DNA of 64,000 bases, taken from IMG/VR virus record IMGVR_UViG_3300034683_000137; one strand, 5' to 3'. The stretch is from an uncultured virus (IMG/VR IMGVR_UViG_3300034683_000137). Taxonomy: Duplodnaviria; Heunggongvirae; Uroviricota; Caudoviricetes. The position numbers and the translations under genes are program-made. Positions 38,101 to 46,175 of the stretch are shown piece after piece. The stretch's first letter is position 1; each line of letters opens with the position of its first letter. The notes under the pieces are model-generated. The model was not told where the DNA came from. It saw only the letters and a list, made by a program, of their open reading frames with translations, and did not search any database.

Positions 38101-38451
38101 ATAAATACTGAACAATATCCAGAAGGTATACCAATCAAAGATCTATTTGAAAGGCATAAGGAATACAAACTTATGAATTATATAGGAAGAGAATATATCT
38201 TTGCAAATGACAAAGTACTTACATATGAAGATTCTGATGCTGTATATAGATCAATAAATAATATATCACGACATAAAGTTAATAAACCAATGTATAGAAT
38301 TAGAACTGAAAGTGGAAAAGAATTAATTGTAACTGAAGACCATTCTATTATGATTGAGAGAGATGGACAATTAATGCAAGTTAAACCAAATGAAATATTG
38401 GATTCTGATCTTGTATTGACAAACCAAAAGTCAACTACCCACCGCCTATAG
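35146..38451 (+). CDS. polB: family-4 uracil-DNA glycosylase fused to PolB N-terminal part, ending in an N-intein
   Basis: UDG: CALC, LFVGEAP, PFVGRAG, IHPSA; exo: AIDIE, TGWNSSAFDW, YNINDV; pol: DLDLSSLYP, KVLTNSLYG, YGD then intein. Confidence 0.95.
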   Translation: MTKELSPLTKYIYYIQHKTDSLDDTVKQLNISTILNISEDDVLSCIYLDQLINTNPILARNVPFDKLSEFHRYINRSKQIQFMSNKSKKVTDEINQLKQQHPYLSEEDIKTYLTLTKNNTESLNQESVVSSNNVEDTIDTISPLKDEIEKRLTTQCALCKSNKDDIQRTIFDFTTNDISQVKVLFVGEAPAVNEIKEGKPFVGRAGQLLRHTLDNTGFNDIHWGVMNVCLCFHQPSNPPMKDEIAYCFDNLELIISKLPVDAVIVPLGNYPCSRFGITDKITDAMTKIYKYNEHLVLPCIHPSAICRNMSRYDIFANRLKQIRYAIESKDNVQPHMSYTTDDVRKLFPIPNKTEPETVNNNKNDTDTTSNTSDNIMLVNTVYNYLKSEVNYVLRRGQDKIIHTTDDKYALYYGKSNNTVEYKDKLKLKVIHFKDRVNVINDLKSKGFNVFGDMNLSVYKNIQFRNTYTETEQPLRIAAIDIELFLNGNMMLLDDMMAAAKRYVISLITLYDNYTDTYYTFINNSFNLNIDKQEIIKHLEYKDECNIEIFVYNDERQMLNGFIQKFDEIDPDLVTGWNSSAFDWPFIINRSQYLGIECKNKYGRIFINERTNKPYIPYVVECDYLTLYKKRTFSKRESYTLGFIAEFELGIKKLSLDKRFDDMWLSDPNRFIAYNINDVHLVRKLDNKLKYIDIQFNIIRATNISWDESFKTLPIIDGILFTTLDKQNKTVICKKYEYDKDNDQETEKLKGAFVRKPLKGLYNWLADLDLSSLYPYIIARYNISIDTYVGKVDEYIAREYIYNRDELLSQPDRLINYEDKNLNVKQITVQKLHDTITKHNLIITIMGTMYVNHNTKLSVYYEIIDMLIRERKRYKNEMFKAIENNNQMLAERYNNWQFTYKVLTNSLYGGIANQYFRLFHFPSAETITASGREIVTMGAYHIHQYLNKMRDAHKMDIEPYEFDTRFLDADVLENIVYGDSVDENTKINTEQYPEGIPIKDLFERHKEYKLMNYIGREYIFANDKVLTYEDSDAVYRSINNISRHKVNKPMYRIRTESGKELIVTEDHSIMIERDGQLMQVKPNEILDSDLVLTNQKSTTHRL
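38080..38448 (+). mobile_element. N-terminal half of a split intein (Ser1, 123 aa)
   Basis: SVDENTKI block A directly after YGD; block B IVTEDHSIM; stop codon follows. Confidence 0.92.
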
Positions 38452-38480
38452 AGGTGAGTGTCTTCTTGCATAGTTTTAAG
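38430..38480 (-). mobile_element. 51-bp collapsed IS200/IS605-type element (fused left and right ends)
   Basis: GTCAACTACCCACCGCCTATAG matches the IscB element end at 21/22; continues GAGGTGAGTGTCTTCTTGC, the reverse complement of a tnpB-left-end-like GCAAGAAGAC...CCTC; followed by ATAAA. Confidence 0.75.
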
Positions 38481-38483
38481 ATA

Positions 38484-38526
38484 AAAGATATCAAGCGTGA
38501 TTCGTTTAATCACGCTTGATATCTTT
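38484..38526. terminator. bidirectional terminator-like hairpin between convergent genes
   Basis: 19-bp stem AAAGATATCAAGCGTGATT-cgttt-AATCACGCTTGATATCTTT. Confidence 0.8.
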
Positions 38527-38532
38527 ATCTAT

Positions 38533-39033
38533 TCATTTAAATAAGGAGCGAATATTGTTTTCTATATCTTCTAGACATTGAAACTGTTTAGGTGTTTTAA
38601 TGTCTAGAATTAGTGATATATCTTGATTACTAATGCACATCATGACGTTATCCTTTTTCACAGAGTTGACACCAACTTCAAATGTCACTCCATTGTCATC
38701 CAAAATCATATTTCTATATGAGCCTGGCTCAATTACATCAAGCTGTGTTAAGATATCTAACACAGCAAATATATTTGCAGTAAAATAGAGATTTATTTTA
38801 TTAATATTAAAGCAAACATCACCATATTCATCTAACACTACATCAATGTTAGATGTACCACTTTCATTGATGGTGATAGTATTATTACCATTATTTTCAG
38901 CTATTTTATAATCTACATTTGGAATTGTTCCTAAATGTAGATTATTCTCATATGCTAATCCTGTATTTATACAGAAGTAGCTTATAATAAAAGATAAAAC
39001 AAATAATTTTGTTAATTTTTTCATTATTGTCAT
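38533..39033 (-). CDS. exported hypothetical protein
   Basis: signal-peptide-like MKKLTKLFVLSFIISYFCINTGLA; SD AAGGAG. Confidence 0.65.
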   Translation of the reverse strand: MTIMKKLTKLFVLSFIISYFCINTGLAYENNLHLGTIPNVDYKIAENNGNNTITINESGTSNIDVVLDEYGDVCFNINKINLYFTANIFAVLDILTQLDVIEPGSYRNMILDDNGVTFEVGVNSVKKDNVMMCISNQDISLILDIKTPKQFQCLEDIENNIRSLFK

Positions 39034-39057
39034 CTCCTTATTCTTAATTATGTATTT

Positions 39058-39093
39058 ATGGAAATGACCTGAGTATTCTCAGATCATTTCCAT
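39058..39093 (-). terminator. stem-loop after the DUF1874-like gene
   Basis: ATGGAAATGA-c-CTGAG-tatt-CTCAG-a-TCATTTCCAT. Confidence 0.65.
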
Positions 39094-39099
39094 TTTCTA

Positions 39100-39435
39100 T
39101 TACTCTAATCTGATGATCTCTCTTACAGAAAGATCATCAATGTTAACTTCTTGATGAGGAGTTGTGAACCCATCATCCTTTCTAGTACTTCTTCCTTGCT
39201 TGATGGCAAAACATACAACAGCTTCGCCAACATCCAATCCTTGGAACAGCTTGGAGGAAGCTTCAACTGCTCCAAGCTGTTCTACAATTACCTTCGTTGC
39301 AGGATGCCCTATATAATGAGGCACCCCAGTGATATCAGGTAAGGTCTCAAGTGTCCTTACCTGATAAATTCCATCTTTTGGCAATACTGTAGTTGGCAGT
39401 ACTGCTTTATACATCTTATTACAAAGTGTGCTCAT
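39100..39435 (-). CDS. DUF1874 (STIV B116/YddF) family protein, AcrIII-1-like ring nuclease candidate
   Basis: ~111 aa; TTVLPKDGIYQV, HYIGHPATKVIVEQLG (family IGHxxT motif), LDVGEAVVCFAIKQGR..RKDDG. Confidence 0.65.
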   Translation of the reverse strand: MSTLCNKMYKAVLPTTVLPKDGIYQVRTLETLPDITGVPHYIGHPATKVIVEQLGAVEASSKLFQGLDVGEAVVCFAIKQGRSTRKDDGFTTPHQEVNIDDLSVREIIRLE

Positions 39436-39640
39436 AATTCTCAATCTCCTTGAATCCTATTATTGGATCACCATAAGCAACGCATTGTTTATGGTGATCA
39501 TCTACAACTTCTACACAAGCATGTTTACTAAACCCCATTGCTTTTTGAATAGCAATAGCTTTGCTTAAAACAACAAATTCTTTCCTTTTACTTCTTCCAT
39601 ACCTATCACTAAACAAGGACTCAACAACAACTTTAAACAT
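39419..39640 (-). CDS. small hypothetical protein
   Basis: 73 aa, SD AGGAGG, overlaps the start of the DUF1874-like gene. Confidence 0.7.
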   Translation of the reverse strand: MFKVVVESLFSDRYGRSKRKEFVVLSKAIAIQKAMGFSKHACVEVVDDHHKQCVAYGDPIIGFKEIENYEHTL

Positions 39641-39710
39641 GCTAATACCTCCTATAAGAAAAAATATTTGAAAGAAAAAGCTCGTAACACATAGCTACAA
39701 ACTTCTTCTT

Positions 39711-39730
39711 TCATTATAATAATATATATG
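39711..39730 (-). promoter_or_regulatory. conserved 20-bp promoter-like motif (copy 2)
   Basis: CATATATATTATTATAATGA upstream of the 39640 ORF. Confidence 0.65.
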
Positions 39731-39924
39731 TAAATTTTTATATCATTAAAGAGATTATTAATATTAATATGCTTGATAAGTGAGAGATATTATGCTATAC
39801 TTAATCCACAAAGACAGTTAAAAAATATTTGGAGATATATATCTCCTGATGTGATATATTATTTAGGGAGCCTGGTGGTTCTGCTGTGGCAATGCTATAT
39901 GATCGATATGGATTTTACTCCATA

Positions 39925-39944
39925 TCATTATAATAATATATATG
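39925..39944 (-). promoter_or_regulatory. conserved 20-bp promoter-like motif (copy 3)
   Basis: identical 20-mer. Confidence 0.6.
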
Positions 39945-39968
39945 GATATTTTGAATAGGAGGTACTAG

Positions 39969-40097
39969 ATGATGCCTATAGTAAAGGAAAGAATAGCATC
40001 TGTTGAGAAAATTGAAAATAATGTACCAGAGTATGTATATGATATTGAAGTTGATAATAACCATATGTTTTTTGCTAATGACATTTTAGTACATAAT
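39969..40097 (+). mobile_element. C-terminal half of the split intein (43 aa, His-Asn|Thr+1)
   Basis: block F YVYDIEV, block G ILVHN/T. Confidence 0.92.
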
Positions 40098-40958
40098 ACT
40101 GACTCAATGTTTCTCTTTATTGAACCAGTGCTCAAGTCATTATATGGTGATAAATATGATTCAATAAGTGAAGATGAAAAGACAGAAACCACTTTAAAGA
40201 TTGTTAGAAATTGTTCTGAATATATTAATAAATATATCATTCCTGAAATGCTTAAAAGGCATAATGCTGGTGATTCTGAGCTTGCCACTAAATATAACTT
40301 TACATTTAAGGAAGAATTAGTTATTAAGAGAGCTATGTTCTTAGATGCAAAGAAAAAATATGCATTATGGATCATCAACAAAGAAGGAAAGAAAATAGAC
40401 GATCTAAGTATCACAGGTATGGAGGTGGTTAGAGCAGATTTCCCAAGATTTACCAAACAGATGTTACAAGATGTTATAGATAAGATATTAAGAGAAGAAT
40501 ACAGTTCTTTTCAAATTTTAAATCTGATAGACAAATATATAGACGAATATAAAACCAGACTTATGGCTGGTGATTATACTTTAGGAGTACCAGGTGGATG
40601 GGGTGCTAGAGAATATAAAGTATTGACAAAGACTATAAGAGGCATGAAAATATATAATGTCATATATGGTCCTACCTTTTATGAAGGAGATAGAGGATAT
40701 ACATTTACTATAAGTAAAGTAGATGGTAGCAAGATCAAAGATTATGATAAGAAATTAAAGCAAATGCGTGTTGAGGGTTTGCTAATTAAAAACGATCAGA
40801 TTGATGTTATTACAGTACCTGAAGGAGTTAATTTAGACACCTCTATTTTTTATCCAGATATAGATGCCATGCTTGATACTGCAATATATAAGAGACTAGA
40901 ACCAATTATAGATATATTTGGAATTAATATTGATCATATGGATAATTTAACTTGGTAA
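39969..40958 (+). CDS. polB: C-intein plus PolB C-terminal part
   Basis: VYDIEVDNNHMFFANDILVHN|TDSMF, AKKKYA, ITGMEVVRAD; SD AGGAGG. Confidence 0.95.
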   Translation: MMPIVKERIASVEKIENNVPEYVYDIEVDNNHMFFANDILVHNTDSMFLFIEPVLKSLYGDKYDSISEDEKTETTLKIVRNCSEYINKYIIPEMLKRHNAGDSELATKYNFTFKEELVIKRAMFLDAKKKYALWIINKEGKKIDDLSITGMEVVRADFPRFTKQMLQDVIDKILREEYSSFQILNLIDKYIDEYKTRLMAGDYTLGVPGGWGAREYKVLTKTIRGMKIYNVIYGPTFYEGDRGYTFTISKVDGSKIKDYDKKLKQMRVEGLLIKNDQIDVITVPEGVNLDTSIFYPDIDAMLDTAIYKRLEPIIDIFGINIDHMDNLTW

Positions 40959-40980
40959 GAAGATAATTAAAAGGAGGTAA

Positions 40981-42723
40981 TTGTACATTATGATTACTGA
41001 TAATATATCACCAGATATGTTGTTTCAAGAACTAAAAAGAATAATAGAAACAGATAAAGTATTCATGGGTAATGAGTTTGTAACATATTATACCAGATGT
41101 GCTTTTGGTAAGAAACCAGATAAAGATGTTATTGAGATAGCTTCTCTTTTAGCTAAAGAATTCAAGACCTTTATCAATATGATTAAATCAAAGGAAAAGG
41201 AATATAATATTAAATTTTTGGCTTTTGATGATATTGCTTCAGCTACAGTCAACATTCTTGATAAATGCATAGATAGTAGAAAAAAGTACATAGATGGAGA
41301 TATATGTCTGGAGGATTTTAAAAAGATACTTCAATCTGATTCAAGATTAGCATCTATTCAAAACGAAATTCTTTCCAGATATTGTGTAGCTCAAGATATT
41401 CTTTCCATGGATGTCATTAATCTTATTGAAGAGAAATTTACATATAGGAAATGTTTATTTAATATATTTGAACAACATCAAGTGTTAATGAATTTCATAA
41501 TTAAAGAATACAAGACATGTAAAGATTTAGATGAATATATGAGCGTCTTTAATAAGATTATAGATGAGACTGTAGTCAAAACTAAAATAAGCGAATTATC
41601 AAGAGGAGATATTATAAATCTTTCTACGTCCAATTTTGAAGATTATATTCTCCAAGAACTTAATAAAGAGCACATACCCACTAGATACAAAGTATTTGAT
41701 TATGCTTTTAATGGTGGTTTTGAAAATGGAAGGGTTTACATTATGGGGGGTATTTCTGGTGGGGGTAAATCATTAGTATTAATTAATTTAGCTTACACTG
41801 CTAAGATATCTCTTGATGAAAGAAGAAAGCTGGACAATATACCTGAATCAGAAAAATGGGGTGTATTGTATTTAACATTAGAAAATGGTAAAGAAGAAAC
41901 ACAAGCAAGATTTGTAAGTTGTGCCACTGGAATAGCCAAACATGAATTTGAATCATCTTATAGATTAAATAACTATAATTATGTAAAAGAAAAATATGAT
42001 CAGGTATTTGTCAAGCCAAATAGTACTGAAATATTCATAGTATGGAGATCACCTGGATCAATTAATACTTTCGATATTATGTCATTAATAAATGATATTG
42101 AACGTACGTATGGTACTAAAATAAAGATAGTATTTATAGATTATGCTGATAAATTGGCTGCAACTACAGAGAGTAAGACAGGTCAAGAATGGATAGATCT
42201 AGGAAAGATTGTAGATGATTTAAAAGCCATGAGTGTTGAATTTAATATCCCTGTTGTAACTGTTACACAGGTAAATAGAAGTGGATATGGAGAAAACATA
42301 AAAGGAGATAAAATAGCTGGCTCTATTAGGAAGAGAGAAAATGCTGATGTATTAGTTCTATTTGATTTCTCTAAAGTTGAAGAAACTGTAATTGATTATA
42401 ATACATTAGATGTGGATGATATATTAAACAATACAGATAATTATAAGAACTATAAAGAAGTTTGGGGTATCATAGATAAAAATAGAGATGGTCCTAGCAA
42501 TATAAGATTTTTAATGAGAATTGATTATACTGTTTGTAGAATGTTTGATATTCCAGAGAGGATTAGTATCATATTTGATGAGGACCCAAGCACAGTTAAG
42601 TTAGCTAAGTATAAGGTTTCTGTTAATACTCAAGATATTAATGAAGAAGAGCAAGAAGTAGTCACAACTGATGAAGATGAAACAGAAGATTTATGGAAAG
42701 TTGATATAGATACTTTAATATAA
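40981..42723 (+). CDS. replicative helicase (DnaB/gp41-like)
   Basis: GISGGGKS, YLTLEN, FIDYADKL, VTVTQVNRSG, DKNRDG. Confidence 0.92.
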   Translation: MYIMITDNISPDMLFQELKRIIETDKVFMGNEFVTYYTRCAFGKKPDKDVIEIASLLAKEFKTFINMIKSKEKEYNIKFLAFDDIASATVNILDKCIDSRKKYIDGDICLEDFKKILQSDSRLASIQNEILSRYCVAQDILSMDVINLIEEKFTYRKCLFNIFEQHQVLMNFIIKEYKTCKDLDEYMSVFNKIIDETVVKTKISELSRGDIINLSTSNFEDYILQELNKEHIPTRYKVFDYAFNGGFENGRVYIMGGISGGGKSLVLINLAYTAKISLDERRKLDNIPESEKWGVLYLTLENGKEETQARFVSCATGIAKHEFESSYRLNNYNYVKEKYDQVFVKPNSTEIFIVWRSPGSINTFDIMSLINDIERTYGTKIKIVFIDYADKLAATTESKTGQEWIDLGKIVDDLKAMSVEFNIPVVTVTQVNRSGYGENIKGDKIAGSIRKRENADVLVLFDFSKVEETVIDYNTLDVDDILNNTDNYKNYKEVWGIIDKNRDGPSNIRFLMRIDYTVCRMFDIPERISIIFDEDPSTVKLAKYKVSVNTQDINEEEQEVVTTDEDETEDLWKVDIDTLI

Positions 42724-42725
42724 AC

Positions 42726-42770
42726 AAATAAATATAGCACTCAGGAAATACCTGAGTGCTATATTTATTT
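42726..42770. terminator. bidirectional terminator
   Basis: 20-bp stem AAATAAATATAGCACTCAGG/CCTGAGTGCTATATTTATTT between convergent genes. Confidence 0.85.
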
Positions 42771-42790
42771 TTGTTACTTCTTACAGTGAT

Positions 42791-43567
42791 TTAGACAGCA
42801 GATAATTCAGGAATTCCACCTTCACCAGATAATAACATGAAACCAACAGAAATCAACAGAACACATACTCCAAGCAAGACACGTACTGTTTTGGAACTAA
42901 GAAGTACTTTCGCTGCACCTTCCAACTTATCTACACCAGAAGAGAGCATATCGACAACTTTATCTGCTACTTCTTTACCTTTATTAAGGATGGAAGAAAT
43001 AACTTTACCCATCTTGGATGGTTCTCCATTTTCTTCAGATAGATGTTTGCTAATACTCTCTGCAAATAGAGGCATCTCATTAAATATATCCATAGCATCA
43101 CTAAACGTATTTTCAGATGGCTGTGCTTTAAGATTATTAAATAGTTTAAATAAAGCTAGCAATACTATAGAAGCAGCAACACCACCAAGGATAAGATGAG
43201 CAGTTGATATAGTTACAGCACCAACAGTTACAGTAGCTGGTACGTTTGTAGCTATTGCTTTAGCAGCACCAGTTAGATGAGACACTATATTACTTAGTAC
43301 CTGCATAAGACTAGCATATGCATTTTGAAAGAATGTTGCTATTCCTTCAGGTATTTGATCCACAGGGATGACGCCACTTATAGTATCCAATCCTTTACTT
43401 GTTATATCTTTTAAAGAGCTAATTATGTTTGTTAAAAACCCCGATATAGCAGCAAATGTAGTCAATCCAAATTCTTTCATCCATTGGAGCATTTTTTCTA
43501 GATCTCCTGATTTTACATCTTCCAATATCTTATCTAAATTTCCATAAAATCTTTCCTGCATTTCCAT
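42791..43567 (-). CDS. hydrophobic/amphipathic helical protein
   Basis: 258 aa, SD AGGAGG, two hydrophobic segments. Confidence 0.7.
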   Translation of the reverse strand: MEMQERFYGNLDKILEDVKSGDLEKMLQWMKEFGLTTFAAISGFLTNIISSLKDITSKGLDTISGVIPVDQIPEGIATFFQNAYASLMQVLSNIVSHLTGAAKAIATNVPATVTVGAVTISTAHLILGGVAASIVLLALFKLFNNLKAQPSENTFSDAMDIFNEMPLFAESISKHLSEENGEPSKMGKVISSILNKGKEVADKVVDMLSSGVDKLEGAAKVLLSSKTVRVLLGVCVLLISVGFMLLSGEGGIPELSAV

Positions 43568-43764
43568 TATTTATTACCTCCTATATTATTTATTGTTATT
43601 TGGGTTATATTTTGTTCATATCCATTCAATTATTTGTTCTCATATTCTAAAAGAAATCATAACAAATAAATGATACAATATGATATAATTAAACAAACTA
43701 TATCATAATTTCATATGAATTACAATACCAATTATTATTTTGATATAATAAGAAGGAGGAATCA

Positions 43765-44652
43765 TTGATAAAAATGTCACTACCAGATAAAAGAGAACGC
43801 AGTCGTATTATGCAACAGGTAGAATTGAATGCCAAACAAAAAGGCAAATACTTAAATGTAGATCTTCCTAATTTTAAGGAATTTGTAAATGATGTTGTAA
43901 ACAAATACCCAAGCAGTAAAAAAATAGTTACTAATGTTCTTGAAAATCCTAAGAACATAATAAAGGAATATATTAAACATGCTCATGTTGGTGCAGAAAT
44001 AGAAAATGTAGTAGACAAAGAATGGTTTAAGTCAATTCTTACTTTAATTTTAAAATCAGCCAAAGCTGCTCTTAATTTAGCTTATAATATTATTAAAAGT
44101 GTAGGTAGATATATTGGTGATAAACTATCTAAAAGTGGTATAGTAGATAGATTAGCTGTAGGTGGATTAGTAACAGGAATTTCTTTATCACTTGCTGGAT
44201 TAACTGGAGGATTAACTGCTTGTGTTATAATGATAGCACTTTCAATATGGTTAAATAGAGCTAATGAAAAATTAACATCTATCAATGTTAAGGATAAGGA
44301 GAGTTGGTTAGGTAAAATCAAAAGTTATGCAAAAGAGATATATAATAATCTACGAGGGAAAAAACCAGAACCACTTCCTGAAGAATTAACTCCTCCAGTA
44401 CCAGAAGTACCCAATATATCATTTACTATTGTTAAAGAAGATACTGTTAATGAGCAAGCTAGTCTTAATATAATCATGGGTGGTTTATTTGTTTTATTTC
44501 TTAAGGCAGTTATAGCTTATAGATTAAGTGAAGAACTTAATGAGAAACTTATGTATCTTAAAGCATTGTTTAAACCAGTTGGTATAATATTATCAATATC
44601 TTCAATTTTAGCACTATTGGGATCAGGAGCAACATCTGCTCTTGTTTCATAA
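43765..44652 (+). CDS. hydrophobic helical protein
   Basis: 295 aa, SD AAGGAGG, several hydrophobic segments. Confidence 0.7.
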   Translation: MIKMSLPDKRERSRIMQQVELNAKQKGKYLNVDLPNFKEFVNDVVNKYPSSKKIVTNVLENPKNIIKEYIKHAHVGAEIENVVDKEWFKSILTLILKSAKAALNLAYNIIKSVGRYIGDKLSKSGIVDRLAVGGLVTGISLSLAGLTGGLTACVIMIALSIWLNRANEKLTSINVKDKESWLGKIKSYAKEIYNNLRGKKPEPLPEELTPPVPEVPNISFTIVKEDTVNEQASLNIIMGGLFVLFLKAVIAYRLSEELNEKLMYLKALFKPVGIILSISSILALLGSGATSALVS

Positions 44653-44687
44653 AATAAGAAAATATTAAAATAGGAGGTCATTTAAAA

Positions 44688-46136
44688 ATGACAAACGAGA
44701 AGAAGAAGAATAAAATGGTTCAAGAAATGGAGTTTTCAAAGGAACCTGCAATGAATGATATTGCAAGTGAATTGTTTTCTAGTAGGATTATTAAGGATCT
44801 TGAAAAGAGTAATATAGTTCCTGTTGATATTACTGTTGATATTAAAGCAAAGTTAACAAAGGAAGCTGAGAAACTTAATGCTATGGTTGAGGATATAGTT
44901 TCTCAGAAGATGGTCTCTGTTGCTGAGTCTAAACCTAAAAAGAGTGCTAAACAAGTTGACAACGCTATCAAAGAGTCAGTAAGCAAGAAATCTGATGATG
45001 TTACTGAACTACGTAATTTACTTACAGCTTTAAAAGAACAGGAAGATGAGGAAGAACCTGTTGTTGTTGCTTCTACAGTTGATACTCCTGTAGATGATGA
45101 GAATGATGTAGTTCAATCTGTAGTATCTGTTGAAGAGCCTGCAGATGCATCTGATGTAGATGTATATGAGGACAATGATATAGATATACTTATGTCTATT
45201 ATAAGTGAGTTTCTAGATAAAATTGTATCTTTAGAGGAACCTCAAGAAGAACCAGCAGAAGAGCCTGAGGAAGTTGAGCCAGAACAGGAAACTGAGCCTG
45301 AGGCTGAGTTAGAACCAGAAGCTGGATCTGAAGATGAATTTGATCTTGATAAAACACTTTCTACTGTAGAGCATTTCATAAATCAGGTTGAAGCAGCAAA
45401 AACTAGTGTAGATAAAGCTATGGAAAAAGTAGCAAAGAATTTTGAAGATCCTGATGCTGAAAAGAAAAAAGATAAAGATATGGTAAAAACAACTGAAGCA
45501 GAAGATACTGATTTGGATGCTGTATTGAGGGATATTGATAAACTAGAAGATGTAAGTGATGAGATGCCTGAAGAGGCAAAATGTAAGAAAAAAGAAGCAG
45601 AAGTAAATAAAAAAGCACCAGATAAAGAAGCAGAAACTCCAGAAAAACAGACTGAATCTTATGTTCCACTTCCAATTGCTGTTAATGCTACTTGGTCTCC
45701 AGTCAATTCTAGTAAGAGAATACTTGAAGCTGCTGTTAAGACTGATACTGTAAATTTTGAATTAATAAAACAAGCTCATCTATATGTTGAACCTGGTAAG
45801 GAAAACGATATAGATGCATATCAGTATCCCATAGCAGATATTATCGATGGAAAACTTTATGCAATACCTGGTGCTATTAAAACCTTAACTGATGTATTTG
45901 CTAATGATGCTACCCTTAAAGCTTTAAAGGTTGATGAAAATGTAGTTAAAGAAGTAAGGCAAAAGCTGGAGAAATATCTCGAACAGCTTGGTATGCTTAT
46001 ACCTTGGAAGGAAGCTGAATCGCAGGAAGGTAATCTTAAGTTTAGAGAATCTTCAGGATTATTGAGCATCTATAGCACATATGAAGAATTTGATCCAGCT
46101 ATGGTCTTGCGTAAACTTGCAAATGATAATAAGTAA
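44688..46136 (+). CDS. acidic head-associated/internal protein
   Basis: EPE repeats; C-terminal YQYPIADIIDGKLYAIPGAI domain of the kind seen in phage head-maturation proteins. Confidence 0.55.
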   Translation: MTNEKKKNKMVQEMEFSKEPAMNDIASELFSSRIIKDLEKSNIVPVDITVDIKAKLTKEAEKLNAMVEDIVSQKMVSVAESKPKKSAKQVDNAIKESVSKKSDDVTELRNLLTALKEQEDEEEPVVVASTVDTPVDDENDVVQSVVSVEEPADASDVDVYEDNDIDILMSIISEFLDKIVSLEEPQEEPAEEPEEVEPEQETEPEAELEPEAGSEDEFDLDKTLSTVEHFINQVEAAKTSVDKAMEKVAKNFEDPDAEKKKDKDMVKTTEAEDTDLDAVLRDIDKLEDVSDEMPEEAKCKKKEAEVNKKAPDKEAETPEKQTESYVPLPIAVNATWSPVNSSKRILEAAVKTDTVNFELIKQAHLYVEPGKENDIDAYQYPIADIIDGKLYAIPGAIKTLTDVFANDATLKALKVDENVVKEVRQKLEKYLEQLGMLIPWKEAESQEGNLKFRESSGLLSIYSTYEEFDPAMVLRKLANDNK

Positions 46137-46175
46137 TATTGTTTGTTCATTATTATATAAAAGGAGATTACAGCC

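Noticed and set aside
38430..38485. Idea that the IS insertion created the intein split
   Set aside because: The reconstructed empty site already reads NQK-stop followed by a terminator, so the split probably predates the insertion.
39773..39958. 61-aa + strand ORF before polB-C
   Set aside because: No SD, overlaps promoter motif copy 3, no intein or polymerase similarity.
38452..39968. Group I/II intron or homing endonuclease between the polB halves
   Set aside because: No intron core or LAGLIDADG/HNH/GIY-YIG motifs seen; intein halves, a terminator and a separate SD explain the layout.
43600..43700. AACA-N6-T(A/G) late-promoter-like motifs
   Set aside because: Too short and AT-rich to distinguish from background by eye.
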